Shown piece after piece: positions 9,432-18,987 of a DNA stretch of 64,000 bases. Position 1 is the stretch's first letter. Every line of letters begins with the position of its first letter. The DNA lies in assembly GCA_041752695.1 (NCBI GenBank), contig JBGSVZ010000038.1:64001-128000 (forward strand), read 5' to 3'. Source of the stretch: Terrimicrobiaceae bacterium (GTDB lineage Bacteria; Verrucomicrobiota; Verrucomicrobiia; Chthoniobacterales; Terrimicrobiaceae). Position numbers and translations under genes: made by a program. The notes beneath the pieces are model-generated. The model had not been told where the DNA came from. It did not search any database and worked only from the letters and a program-made list of their open reading frames with translations.

Positions 9432-10703
9432 ATGCTCAAAACGATCTTCGCCATCCTTTTGCTCACCGCTGTGGGTGGAGTCTCCGCCGAGGAGGAGCCT
9501 GGCAAGCTGCAGATTGACCCTGAATCACCCTACGACAATGTGCAGGTGCTGGCTCGCGCCATGCAACTCATCCGGCAGGACTACGTTAACGAAAAAAAGG
9601 TTTCCTACCGCGATCTGACCTACAGTGCGCTCCGGGGCATGCTTTCCACTCTCGACCCGCACAGCCAGTTTATGGAGCCGACGGATTTTGAGGACATGCA
9701 GGAAGACACTCGCAGTGAGTTTGGCGGCCTCGGCGTGGTCGTGACCATGGAGGATGGGGTGCTCACCGTCGTGAATCCGATGGAGGATACTCCAGGTTCG
9801 GAGGCGGGGATCAAACCCGGTGACCGCATTCTCCGCATCAATGGCCATTCCACGGAAAATCTCACCATTGCGCAGGCGGTCGAGAAACTCCGCGGAGACA
9901 TCGGGGAAAAAGTCACGCTGACCATCCAGCGTCCCTCCAGCAAGGAGATCAAGGACTACACTCTCACGCGCGTCACCATCAAGGTGAAGAGCGTGAAGGA
10001 CGCCCAGATCTTGCCCGACGCCAATGGTATGAAAATCGGGTACGCCCGGATCACGCAATTTAATGAGCCCACTGCTGGAGAACTGGCCAAAACGCTCGAC
10101 CGGTTGGAAAAGGAGGGCATGCAGGCCCTCGTCCTCGACCTGCGGTATAACCCGGGTGGCCTGTTGAGCAGCGCCGTGGATGTAGCGGGGTTGTTTTTGC
10201 CGCACGGCACCAAAGTGGTCTCCACGGAAGGACGTTCGCCCGGACGGGAGTATCGCACGCGATCAAACTACGGAAAGCCCCGCACCTACCCGGTGGTGGT
10301 GTTGGTGAATTTTGCCAGTGCCAGCGGTTCGGAGGTCGTCGCCGGGGCGCTGAAAGATCTCAATCGCGCTGTGATCGTGGGGGAAACCACTTTCGGCAAA
10401 GGCTCCGTGCAAAGCGTGATTTCTTTGCCGGATGGTTCGGCTCTCCGCCTTACGACGCAGAAGTATTACACGCCGAGCCGTCAGGTCATTCACGAGGTCG
10501 GAGTTTCTCCGAACATTCGCGCCACTCTGAATCAACAACAGGAATTTGCTCTCTTGGAAGCGCGGCGGAGCAACGAAGGGCGTCTCACGACCGAGGCCGA
10601 GGATCCGCAACTTTCCCGGGCGCTCGATCTCTTGCGCGGAACTTTGATTTTTTCGGAGCGGCGGCAGCCTCCCAAGGCCCAGCCTGCCGGCCGGGGGTCT
10701 TGA
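9432..10703 (+). CDS. ctpA: Carboxyl-terminal processing protease (S41A) with PDZ domain
   Basis: LDPHS, FGGLG, DLRYNPGG, SASGSE and TFGKGSVQ; signal peptide. Confidence 0.93.
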   Translation: MLKTIFAILLLTAVGGVSAEEEPGKLQIDPESPYDNVQVLARAMQLIRQDYVNEKKVSYRDLTYSALRGMLSTLDPHSQFMEPTDFEDMQEDTRSEFGGLGVVVTMEDGVLTVVNPMEDTPGSEAGIKPGDRILRINGHSTENLTIAQAVEKLRGDIGEKVTLTIQRPSSKEIKDYTLTRVTIKVKSVKDAQILPDANGMKIGYARITQFNEPTAGELAKTLDRLEKEGMQALVLDLRYNPGGLLSSAVDVAGLFLPHGTKVVSTEGRSPGREYRTRSNYGKPRTYPVVVLVNFASASGSEVVAGALKDLNRAVIVGETTFGKGSVQSVISLPDGSALRLTTQKYYTPSRQVIHEVGVSPNIRATLNQQQEFALLEARRSNEGRLTTEAEDPQLSRALDLLRGTLIFSERRQPPKAQPAGRGS

Positions 10704-11707
10704 TCGTTCTGGCCATCGAGACGTCGTGCGACGAGACGGCGGTGGCGATCCTGCGGGGATTCGACGAGGTCCTTGCCCACCGCGTTGCTTCGCAGGCCGA
10801 CCTGCATGCCCGCTATGGGGGAGTCGTGCCCGAGGTGGCCTCGCGCAACCACCTTGTCTTGCTGCCGGCCCTGGTGGAAGCCTGTCTGGAAGAAGCGGAC
10901 ATCCGCCTGGATGAAGTCGATGCCTTCGCCGCCACGACGGGCCCCGGCCTCGCTGCGGCGCTGCTGGTCGGGGCTTCGGCCGCCAAGGGACTCGCCCTGG
11001 GCTCCGGCAAAAGTTTTCTCGCGGTCAATCATTTGGAGGGTCATCTGCTTTCGCCGTTTTTTGGGGAGGCGGAGATTCCCCCGCATCTCGCCCTGATCGT
11101 CAGCGGGGGCCACACGCTACTCTTCGATGTTTCCGGGTATGGTCGCTACCGGCTGCTTGGTCGCACGGTGGACGATGCCGCGGGGGAGGCCTTTGACAAA
11201 GTGGCGAAACTCCTGGGCCTGCCTTATCCCGGCGGGGCCGAAATCGATCGTCTGGCCCGCAGCGGGAACCCCGCACGCTTCGCCTTTCCGCGCAGCATGA
11301 TCGATTCGGGAGATGCGAATTTCAGCTTTAGTGGACTCAAGACTTCCGTGCGCTATTTTCTGGAAAAAGGGTTCTCCCCTGCGGACCTTCCTGATATCTG
11401 CGCCAGTTTTCAAGAGGCGGTGGTGGATGTGCTGGTGGCCAAACTGGCTGGCGCGGCCGCGGGCAGTGGCCGGAAAAAGGTGTCGGTCAGCGGCGGCGTG
11501 AGCGCCAATGCGCGTTTGGTGGAAAAACTTGCCGCCCGCTGCGCGGCGGACGGACGGGAGTTGCTTTTTGCCCCTCCTTCTCTTCGGACCGATAATGCCT
11601 TGATGATTGCCTATGCCGCGGCCCACCGCGGGTCGGAGGCCTCTCCGATCGAGACCGACATCCGGCCCAATTTTGACCCCACGGCACTCGCCTCTGCCGA
11701 AGGTTGA
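10700..11707 (+). CDS. tsaD: tRNA threonylcarbamoyltransferase
   Basis: IETSCDET, GGVVPEVASRNH, NHLEGH, SGGHT, DDAAGEAFDK and DNALMIA. Confidence 0.97.
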   Translation: MIVLAIETSCDETAVAILRGFDEVLAHRVASQADLHARYGGVVPEVASRNHLVLLPALVEACLEEADIRLDEVDAFAATTGPGLAAALLVGASAAKGLALGSGKSFLAVNHLEGHLLSPFFGEAEIPPHLALIVSGGHTLLFDVSGYGRYRLLGRTVDDAAGEAFDKVAKLLGLPYPGGAEIDRLARSGNPARFAFPRSMIDSGDANFSFSGLKTSVRYFLEKGFSPADLPDICASFQEAVVDVLVAKLAGAAAGSGRKKVSVSGGVSANARLVEKLAARCAADGRELLFAPPSLRTDNALMIAYAAAHRGSEASPIETDIRPNFDPTALASAEG

Positions 11708-11739
11708 TATTGGCGCGGACTGTGGGATACTCGCCTCCT

Positions 11740-12177
11740 ATGAAAACGCTCCTCCGTCTTGTTCTCGGCCTTGTCGTTCTGGGTGTGCACGCCGCCTCTG
11801 CGGCGGATTGGATGACCAACTACGACGACGCCCTGGCCCTTGCGGCAAAGCAGGACCGCATGGTGTTGCTCGATTTTACGGGGTCCGATTGGTGCCCTCC
11901 CTGCATGAAACTGCATGAGGATATTTTTGAAAAACCCGAGTTCGCGGCCTTCGCCAAGGAAAAACTCGTTCCCGTGATGCTGGACTTTCCCCGTTCCAAA
12001 AAACTGGATCCGGCGGTTAAGCAACAGAACGAGGACCTGGCGAAAAAGTATGGGGTGAGCGGTTTCCCGACCCTGATTTTGCTGACGCCCCAAGGCAAGG
12101 AGATTGAGCGCAAGGTCGGCTACTTCCCCGGCGGTCCGGCGGCATTTGCCCAATGGGTTGGCGCGGCAGGCAAATAA
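11740..12177 (+). CDS. Exported thioredoxin-family protein
   Basis: Signal peptide; FTGSDWCPPC; GFPT cis-Pro motif. Confidence 0.92.
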   Translation: MKTLLRLVLGLVVLGVHAASAADWMTNYDDALALAAKQDRMVLLDFTGSDWCPPCMKLHEDIFEKPEFAAFAKEKLVPVMLDFPRSKKLDPAVKQQNEDLAKKYGVSGFPTLILLTPQGKEIERKVGYFPGGPAAFAQWVGAAGK

Positions 12178-12192
12178 ATCCCTGAATTCCGG

Positions 12193-12215
12193 TGGAGGCG
12201 ACCGGCCTCCGCCCC
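12193..12215 (+). terminator. GC-rich hairpin after the thioredoxin gene (possible terminator)
   Basis: GGTGGAGGC-gaccg-GCCTCCGCC; no clear U-tract. Confidence 0.35.
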
Positions 12216-12234
12216 ACCAGCCTGCTTAAGAACC

Positions 12235-13971
12235 GTGGCGGAAAATCCCCATCCCACCTCTCCGTGCAAGGTTTTGGTCGTCGAGGACGACCGACCCACG
12301 CGCCTGCTCCTGGAGCGTCTTATTCGTGGCCGGGGACATGAAGTGGTGGGCTGCGAGTCTGCGGAAATGGCGCTCGAAAAACTGCAGGAGGAATTTTTCC
12401 CCCTGATCACACTGGATATTCAACTGCCGGGCATGAGTGGCCTGGAAATGGCGCGACAGCTGCGCTCTCACCCGAGGGGGAGCCACTACTACATCCTGGT
12501 CGGAACGGGGAACAACCGCCCGGAGGATTTGCGCGAAATCCTCGAGGCCGGGGCCGATGATTATATTGGCAAACCGTATAATCCGGGATTGCTCGACGTC
12601 CGGCTGTCCGTCGCAGAAGCGGGTGTGAAGGAGATCGCGAGGCGGAAGCAACTTGAGGAGGAACTCCTCTTTCTCGCCCGTCACGATCCGCTCACCCGCC
12701 TTTACAACCGCAGTCAACTGGATTCCGCACTGGAGTCCGCCATTGAACGCGCGGTGGCGGGAAGCCCGGGGACTGTGCTCTACCTTGATCTGGATAACTT
12801 CAAGATCATCAATGACACGCTCGGGCACGACACCGGCGACAAGCTGCTTATTCAAGTAGCCTCCACCCTCAAGAGCCTGGCCGGGGCCGGGAATTTTCTG
12901 GTGCGTTTCGGGGGCGATGAATTTGTCCTCATCCTCCCTGGCTGTGAACTTTCTGAAGGGGTTCGCCTCGCGGAATCCATCATCGAACGGGTTGAGGAGA
13001 TTGTGTTCATCTCCGAGGGGCGAAAATTCGGGGTGGGAGCCTCCATTGGTGCCGCCACCGTTGGTGCGGGCATGTTGCCGGCGGACATCATGAGTGCGGC
13101 GGACTCTGCTTGTTACGCCGCCAAGGCCCGCGGCCGAAACCGTGTGGAGATTTACCGCCCGGAAACCAGCGAGATGGCCCAACTGATCGCCGACACTGAC
13201 TGGTCGAAACGCATTCGAGACGCCATGCGGGACGGTTCGCTTCAGCTATGGTTTCAGCCGATTGTTTCGATCTCCCAACCCGAGATCATCTACCAGGAAG
13301 TCCTCCTGCGGTATGTCGATCCGCGGTATGACCAGGTGGTTCATCCTGCGATGTTTCTTTCGGCCATGCGGCGCTTTGGGCAGTCGATCCGGCTGGATCG
13401 TTTTGTCATCGCCAAGTCCTTTGAGGCCCTCGCCGCCAATCCGGGACTGGCACTTTCCATCAATATATCCGGAGCTCTGTTTGGCGACGAGGCCTATTGC
13501 GAGTTCGTCGAGAGCATGTTGGAAAACTCCGGAATCGACCCGAAACGCGTCCTCTTCGAGATCACCGAAAACGACCTCATCCCGAACTTGCAGACAGCCT
13601 CCGGCGCGATGAAGCGCCTGCAGCAGGTCGGGTGTCGATTTGGACTGGATGATTTTGGTTCGGGGTTTTCGTCGCTGACCTATCTGAAGTCCCTGCCGAT
13701 TGATTTTCTGAAAATTGAAGGTGCCTTCACGCGGGATCTCGCAAACCAGGAGTTCAATCAGGCAGCGCTGCGGGCAATCTGTATTATTGCGGATGTCCTG
13801 AAGGTGAAGACTGTGGCGGAGTTTGTGGAAACGCAGAGCGAGTTTGACCTGCTGAGGGAGATTGGCATTTCCTACGCCCAGGGCCACTACGTCGCCATTG
13901 CCCGGCAGACGCCTTATGAGATTTCGGAGATTGGCATTTATGCCGGAACTTCGGAAAGCATTATAGTCTGA
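12235..13971 (+). CDS. REC-GGDEF-EAL c-di-GMP signalling protein
   Basis: Receiver (VVEDD, LDIQLP); HDPLT, DLDNFK and an intact RFGGDEF; EVLLR, EITE and DDFGSG. Confidence 0.94.
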   Translation: MAENPHPTSPCKVLVVEDDRPTRLLLERLIRGRGHEVVGCESAEMALEKLQEEFFPLITLDIQLPGMSGLEMARQLRSHPRGSHYYILVGTGNNRPEDLREILEAGADDYIGKPYNPGLLDVRLSVAEAGVKEIARRKQLEEELLFLARHDPLTRLYNRSQLDSALESAIERAVAGSPGTVLYLDLDNFKIINDTLGHDTGDKLLIQVASTLKSLAGAGNFLVRFGGDEFVLILPGCELSEGVRLAESIIERVEEIVFISEGRKFGVGASIGAATVGAGMLPADIMSAADSACYAAKARGRNRVEIYRPETSEMAQLIADTDWSKRIRDAMRDGSLQLWFQPIVSISQPEIIYQEVLLRYVDPRYDQVVHPAMFLSAMRRFGQSIRLDRFVIAKSFEALAANPGLALSINISGALFGDEAYCEFVESMLENSGIDPKRVLFEITENDLIPNLQTASGAMKRLQQVGCRFGLDDFGSGFSSLTYLKSLPIDFLKIEGAFTRDLANQEFNQAALRAICIIADVLKVKTVAEFVETQSEFDLLREIGISYAQGHYVAIARQTPYEISEIGIYAGTSESIIV

Positions 13972-14007
13972 AGAACCTTTGGAAGATCCCTTCCGACGGG
14001 CAGGCCG

Positions 14008-15555
14008 TTATTTTTGCCGGGAATAAATCATTTTGTCCGCAACGTCGGCCCAGAGGCGGTTGATGCCATCCACGCCCTCCTTAGTGTGGTGTACTCCATC
14101 CTTCGCCAAAGCGGTCGTGTGGTTGGTCCGCGTGTAGGTCCAGTAGTCTGCAAAAGGCATTTGTGTCCGGGGATCGCACGCGTAGGGAGTGGATTCGCGG
14201 CAGAACACATCCACTCCCCCTAGATTGACCGCCAGTGAATTGACGAAAATGTTGTATTTCGAGGGTTCCAGCGTCGAGAGGTCGAGGTATTGAGTCGAAT
14301 ATTCAATGCGCACCGGAACGATGAACAGACCATTGGAATCACAAAGAGACCGGGCCTTCTCTAATTGATCGATCAATCTGGCACCTGAACTCAAGCTGCC
14401 TCGGACTCCCACATCATTGTAGCCGGGTTCCCAGCAGACGATTGTTCCCGTGGGTGTGCTGGTCCCGTTCTCCGGGGATAGCTCCGGAAGAGCCTTATCG
14501 AGCATCGGAAGGGTGTCCTTCATCATTTGTCCGCCCCTCGCGAGGTGCACGACGATGGGGTAGCGATCAGGGTGCTGCTGGCGGACCTGGTCCGAAAACC
14601 AGACGCGGCGATCCTTGTCGCCGCCGCCGGGCATGTCACCCACCACGAGGCTGTCGCCAGTGAAAATCCAATAGTCGTTGCGAAATCCCCGGGGAGCCGA
14701 ACGAAAGACATCCAGCCGACATAGAATGAGATCACTCGGCATGAGTCGCGTGTCGGTGGGCTCTGGCACTTCCTCAGAATCCCCATTGGAGCTGTGCAAG
14801 GCGATCCATTTAGGCTGGCGGTTTGGGATGACAATGATGCCGTCAAGAAGAGCGTTCGTCCCGCTGGCCACTTCCATCCAGCTGCCGTCCTCACCGTCGG
14901 TGGAATCTAAGCTCTCAAAGATTGTGTATTTTTTCAGAGTTCGGACATTTTTATCATTCGACCATTCCTGCGGCCCGCAATCCGTGCGGAAATGGATGAT
15001 GAGGTATTCGGCATCTTTCAGCGAGATAGCTGGGTTGATTTTGATTCTTGCCTGAAAGTCTTTGCGGAGACGGCAGCCGGTTGCGTCCGACCCGTCCACC
15101 AAATTGTCCAGGCTTCCGGAGAGGGGTTTTGCGTCGCATACGATGGGCTGATTTAGAGTGACGCACATGTTTTTTGCAATTTTAACCGGGAAGGAGGTTT
15201 CCTGGGCCGGCTTGATCGTGAAAGCCTGTGCGACATCGGACTGGGCTCCTTCGCTATTCTCATTGACGGCGGCCACTTTGTAAAAATACGGCTTATCCTC
15301 ACTTAGCTTCGTGTGGACCGCGGTCCGATCCGTCACGGTGGCAAAATTGGTGAAGTTTCCATCCTTTTCGGGACTGGTGTACACATTGTAGGACGTGGCG
15401 TCATTCTTCGGGGCGCGATACCAAGCCAGAGTAATGCTGTCGGGAGAGTTTGCCACCATGGCCACCCCGAGCGGGGCGTCGGGTGTGGCCGCTGGTGCTG
15501 CGGAGATGGCAGCCAATGACAAAAATAGAACGGGAAACATGGGAGAGAATCTCAT
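14008..15555 (-). CDS. Secreted fibronectin-III plus SGNH hydrolase
   Basis: Signal peptide; FN3 (SITLAW, YNVY, YFYKVAAVN); SGNH blocks GDSL, GYND and DGVH. Confidence 0.8.
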   Translation of the reverse strand: MRFSPMFPVLFLSLAAISAAPAATPDAPLGVAMVANSPDSITLAWYRAPKNDATSYNVYTSPEKDGNFTNFATVTDRTAVHTKLSEDKPYFYKVAAVNENSEGAQSDVAQAFTIKPAQETSFPVKIAKNMCVTLNQPIVCDAKPLSGSLDNLVDGSDATGCRLRKDFQARIKINPAISLKDAEYLIIHFRTDCGPQEWSNDKNVRTLKKYTIFESLDSTDGEDGSWMEVASGTNALLDGIIVIPNRQPKWIALHSSNGDSEEVPEPTDTRLMPSDLILCRLDVFRSAPRGFRNDYWIFTGDSLVVGDMPGGGDKDRRVWFSDQVRQQHPDRYPIVVHLARGGQMMKDTLPMLDKALPELSPENGTSTPTGTIVCWEPGYNDVGVRGSLSSGARLIDQLEKARSLCDSNGLFIVPVRIEYSTQYLDLSTLEPSKYNIFVNSLAVNLGGVDVFCRESTPYACDPRTQMPFADYWTYTRTNHTTALAKDGVHHTKEGVDGINRLWADVADKMIYSRQK

Positions 15556-15610
15556 AACGGTCGAGCTCTCCCTAACTGAGAGCGGGGAGGACTGTCAAAG
15601 TGCGTGAGTG

Positions 15611-15623
15611 GTCAACGGTTAAT
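15611..15623. promoter_or_regulatory. Candidate operator, GTTAAC-N-GTTAAC family, copy 1
   Basis: GTCAACGGTTAAT in a divergent intergenic region, 12 bp from a minus-strand TTGACA (15593-15598). Confidence 0.65.
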
Positions 15624-15725
15624 CTCCGTAAAAGGAGGCGGTTCGTTGACTTTCCGCGGTGGCAACCTTATTGCAAGGCGTGCTGGCGGCAGAGCGGCGG
15701 CACTCCCCATTTTCTCGTCTATTTT

Positions 15726-18227
15726 ATGCCCAGATTTCCTTTTTTTATTTTTGGTTTCCTCGTGGCTTGTGTGGGGATCACCCGGGCGGCCGAGGACAAA
15801 CCGACTCCGGAAGACGCCGGACCGTTATTCGCGCCGACGCCGCCAGTGAAACTTTCGGCCCAGGATTTTCCCGATCCAAAAAGCCTGAATGATGATGCCG
15901 CCACCGAGTTGAAGGGACTGTGTTCTCTGGCGGAGTTCCAGGCGCTTCCCGCGGCCAACCGCCATGTCTATTCCTTTGAGGCCTGGCCGGGAACGGAGGA
16001 CAAACTCGGAAAAAAATCCTACACTTTCAATTTTCATCTGGGGAACACGGGGCAGAAAGTTGCGTTTTTGCCGACGGGCGGCGGGCCGAACTCAGTGGCC
16101 AGCTTCACCCGCGTGAAGGATGCGGCGACCGGAACCTATAACCTCCAGGGCCTCGGTAACCTGGATTGGAGCGGTAAGATGCAACACACGTTCAAGTTTG
16201 ATAAACCGGTGGCTGCCTTCGGGGTGGTCTTGAAATCTCCGGACGACGTGGCTCTGCGGAAATTTTATTGGGCCGCCGCCAAGGAGCTGAATGGTTATCC
16301 ATTTTCCTACACGCTGGCGGATGGGACGATTGTGAACCTGGGGGAGCGGGACGTGCAGGGAGCGCTGATCAAAGGCGGCACACAGGCATTTCTTGGGGTG
16401 ATCGACCGCTCCGGTCGTGGCATTGTTTCCGTGACCTATACGCTGGGCGGTCTGGCTGGGAACAAGGCGCAAGTGATCGCGGTTTCCGCCCTGGCCTTTG
16501 CCACCGTGCCCAAGCCCCCAGTGGCACCTGTCGTCAATCTCATCGGTAGTTGTGATTTCGAATCGCCGGATAGCATCATTCCTACGCCGCTTCCTGCTCT
16601 GGCCGGACTGGCCACGCTCGAGGATTTTCGGTCTATCGTCGCAAACAAGCGGTCGGTCTATCGCTTCGACACTTGGCCGAAGAGCGCCAAAGATCTCGGC
16701 TCGGCCACCGGTCAGTTTGCTTTCGCGCTGCCCGGCAAGGACAGCCAAAAGGTGACAATCACTGCGGTCAATTCTGCCAACAAAGCCCGGCTCGTCCAGG
16801 CGAGTCTCAAAACCGAAGACGGACTCGCTTATCCCGTTCTTGGAGGGCTGGGGAATATTGGCAAAGGAGCCTGGGCCGAACAGACCTTCACGTTTGAAAA
16901 GCCGGTGCGCGCGTTCGGAATCACCTATCGTTCCGAGCAGGACGGGGAATTGTCTTTCGCCGGGGAAAATGGTTCCCCGGTGTCGTATACGCTTTCTGAT
17001 GGAACGGTGGTGAATCTGGGTGGTTCGGGTTCCCCTGCCGGGGTCCTCTCCAAGTCCGGAAAAACTTTTGTGGGTGTGATCGACAAGACCGACAAGGGGA
17101 TTGTTTCTGCCACGGTGCGGGTGTCCGGCACGGCTGCGCCGGGTCAGCCGCTCTACATTGAAGATCTTGCTTTTGCCGTGGGCGGGCCGCCGCCGGGAAA
17201 CTGGAAACTCGTTTTGGAGGATAACTTCGATGGGACGGTCCTGAACCCGGAAATCTGGACGCCGGGTTATACGTTTAAGGACGTCATCAATAATGAACTC
17301 CAAGGCTACGTGCCGGAAAACATCAGCGTGGCCAACGGGGTATGTACCATCAAGATCGAGCAACGGGAGTGTTTTAACACCGACCGCGAGGGTAACAAGG
17401 GGCCGGCGCAGAAATTTGCTTCAGGCGCGTTCACCAGCTTCGACAAGTTTGCCCCCACCTACGGGTATTTTGAAGCCCGGGTAAAGATGCCTCACGCTCG
17501 GGGAGCGGGGGCCTGGCCGGCTTTCTGGATGCTGCCGGACCGTGGCAGGGACTACCCCAAGGATAAACGCAGCAACTATCGGACGAAAGACTATGGCATG
17601 GGACTCGAGATCGACATCTTTGAATTTATGCCCCGCTGGAAACGCCCTGACGGGCTCTTCCCCGTTCACATGGGCTGCATCTGGAGTTATGGCAAAGTGA
17701 CGGAAGCGGATCCCGCGCCGCATGGCTACGGGGCTTACGCGCTGGAGAACGATGGCTGGGGTCCCAAGGAATTGAACTTTCCCAATCTGGACACAGAATT
17801 TCACACCTACGGTCTCTACTGGTCACCGGAACGCCTGATTTTTTACATCGATGGCAAGCCGGTTTTCCGGGTCAGGGATCCGAAACATGTGCCGGATGTG
17901 CCGCACTATTTCCTGTTTAATATCGCCCTCCACGAAAATGGCTGGGGCAAGAGTCCGGACAAAACGAATCCATCCATGGCAGATATCATCGCGGATATGC
18001 CTAATAGCATGGAGATCGACTACTTCCGCGCGTATGCGGGTACTCTGGACGAGGCGATTCCCGCTTCGCCCACGGATGATCCATCCGTCATTCGTAAGTA
18101 TTCGCCTCCGCCAAAAGACGAGCCGATCCCGGCGCCCGCGGCTCCTGCCGCGGCGCCGTCTTCGACTCCCTCGGAGAATGCGCCGGCCGCTCCGGTCAAT
18201 TCCACAATCGACAGCCCGGCGAATTGA
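15726..18227 (+). CDS. Secreted GH16 glycoside hydrolase with two tandem uncharacterised N-terminal domains
   Basis: WKLVLEDNFDG, YGYFEAR, WPAFWML, EIDIFE and FHTYGLYW; internal duplication before the catalytic domain. Confidence 0.88.
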   Translation: MPRFPFFIFGFLVACVGITRAAEDKPTPEDAGPLFAPTPPVKLSAQDFPDPKSLNDDAATELKGLCSLAEFQALPAANRHVYSFEAWPGTEDKLGKKSYTFNFHLGNTGQKVAFLPTGGGPNSVASFTRVKDAATGTYNLQGLGNLDWSGKMQHTFKFDKPVAAFGVVLKSPDDVALRKFYWAAAKELNGYPFSYTLADGTIVNLGERDVQGALIKGGTQAFLGVIDRSGRGIVSVTYTLGGLAGNKAQVIAVSALAFATVPKPPVAPVVNLIGSCDFESPDSIIPTPLPALAGLATLEDFRSIVANKRSVYRFDTWPKSAKDLGSATGQFAFALPGKDSQKVTITAVNSANKARLVQASLKTEDGLAYPVLGGLGNIGKGAWAEQTFTFEKPVRAFGITYRSEQDGELSFAGENGSPVSYTLSDGTVVNLGGSGSPAGVLSKSGKTFVGVIDKTDKGIVSATVRVSGTAAPGQPLYIEDLAFAVGGPPPGNWKLVLEDNFDGTVLNPEIWTPGYTFKDVINNELQGYVPENISVANGVCTIKIEQRECFNTDREGNKGPAQKFASGAFTSFDKFAPTYGYFEARVKMPHARGAGAWPAFWMLPDRGRDYPKDKRSNYRTKDYGMGLEIDIFEFMPRWKRPDGLFPVHMGCIWSYGKVTEADPAPHGYGAYALENDGWGPKELNFPNLDTEFHTYGLYWSPERLIFYIDGKPVFRVRDPKHVPDVPHYFLFNIALHENGWGKSPDKTNPSMADIIADMPNSMEIDYFRAYAGTLDEAIPASPTDDPSVIRKYSPPPKDEPIPAPAAPAAAPSSTPSENAPAAPVNSTIDSPAN

Positions 18228-18261
18228 GGAAAAAGCGTGATGAAAGGCCCCCTTGATTTTC

Positions 18262-18978
18262 ATGAAATTTCCCCTCATCCCCATTCTCATGTCGCTCTTG
18301 CTATTGCCTTGCCGCGGAGAAACCCCAGGCGCCCCGGCGGTCTTCCGCAATCTTGAAGCCGGCAAGCCCCAGACCGTCATCGTTTACGGCACAAGTCTGA
18401 CGCATGGCGGTGCGTGGACGGGCGCGACGAAACGGTGGTTCGACCAGACCTATCCGGATAAGGTGAAGTTTTTTAATAGCGGTAGCCCCGGTCAGAATTC
18501 GGACTGGGGGGTGGCAAATCTGAAAACCAAGGTCCTTGACCATCGGCCGGACTTGGTCATCCTGGAGTTTTCCTATAACGACGCGCACGATAAATTCAAC
18601 ATGCCCGTCGAGCAGGGAGCCGCGAATCTGCGGAAGATGATCGAAATGATCCGGTCCCAAGACCCGGACGCGGCCGTCGTGCTTCAGACCATGAATATCG
18701 GGTGGGACGCGCCGAACGGGAACGGGAGCCTGTCGCATCGCCCGGATCTCGAACAGTACAACGATAATTATCGCAAGCTGGCCGGCGAAATGAGTCTACC
18801 CCTGCTGGACCATTATGTCGCTTGGAAAAGACAGAAGGAAAGCGACGCCAAAACCTATCAGTGTTATGTTCCCGACGGCACCCACCCCTCGGCCGAGGGC
18901 AGTCTGGCGGTGACTTGGCCAGCTGTGAAAGCGTGGTTGGAAGCGGAGCGTGAAGTCGCGCAGGCCTCCAAAAACTAA
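18262..18978 (+). CDS. SGNH/GDSL hydrolase
   Basis: YGTSLT, EFSYND and DGTHP; signal peptide. Confidence 0.85.
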   Translation: MKFPLIPILMSLLLLPCRGETPGAPAVFRNLEAGKPQTVIVYGTSLTHGGAWTGATKRWFDQTYPDKVKFFNSGSPGQNSDWGVANLKTKVLDHRPDLVILEFSYNDAHDKFNMPVEQGAANLRKMIEMIRSQDPDAAVVLQTMNIGWDAPNGNGSLSHRPDLEQYNDNYRKLAGEMSLPLLDHYVAWKRQKESDAKTYQCYVPDGTHPSAEGSLAVTWPAVKAWLEAEREVAQASKN

Positions 18979-18987
18979 GGGCGTATT

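Noticed and set aside
13972..14007. att duplication of the tRNA-Asn 3' end at the island's left edge
   Set aside because: No match found by eye; only a small GGAAG/CTTCC hairpin.
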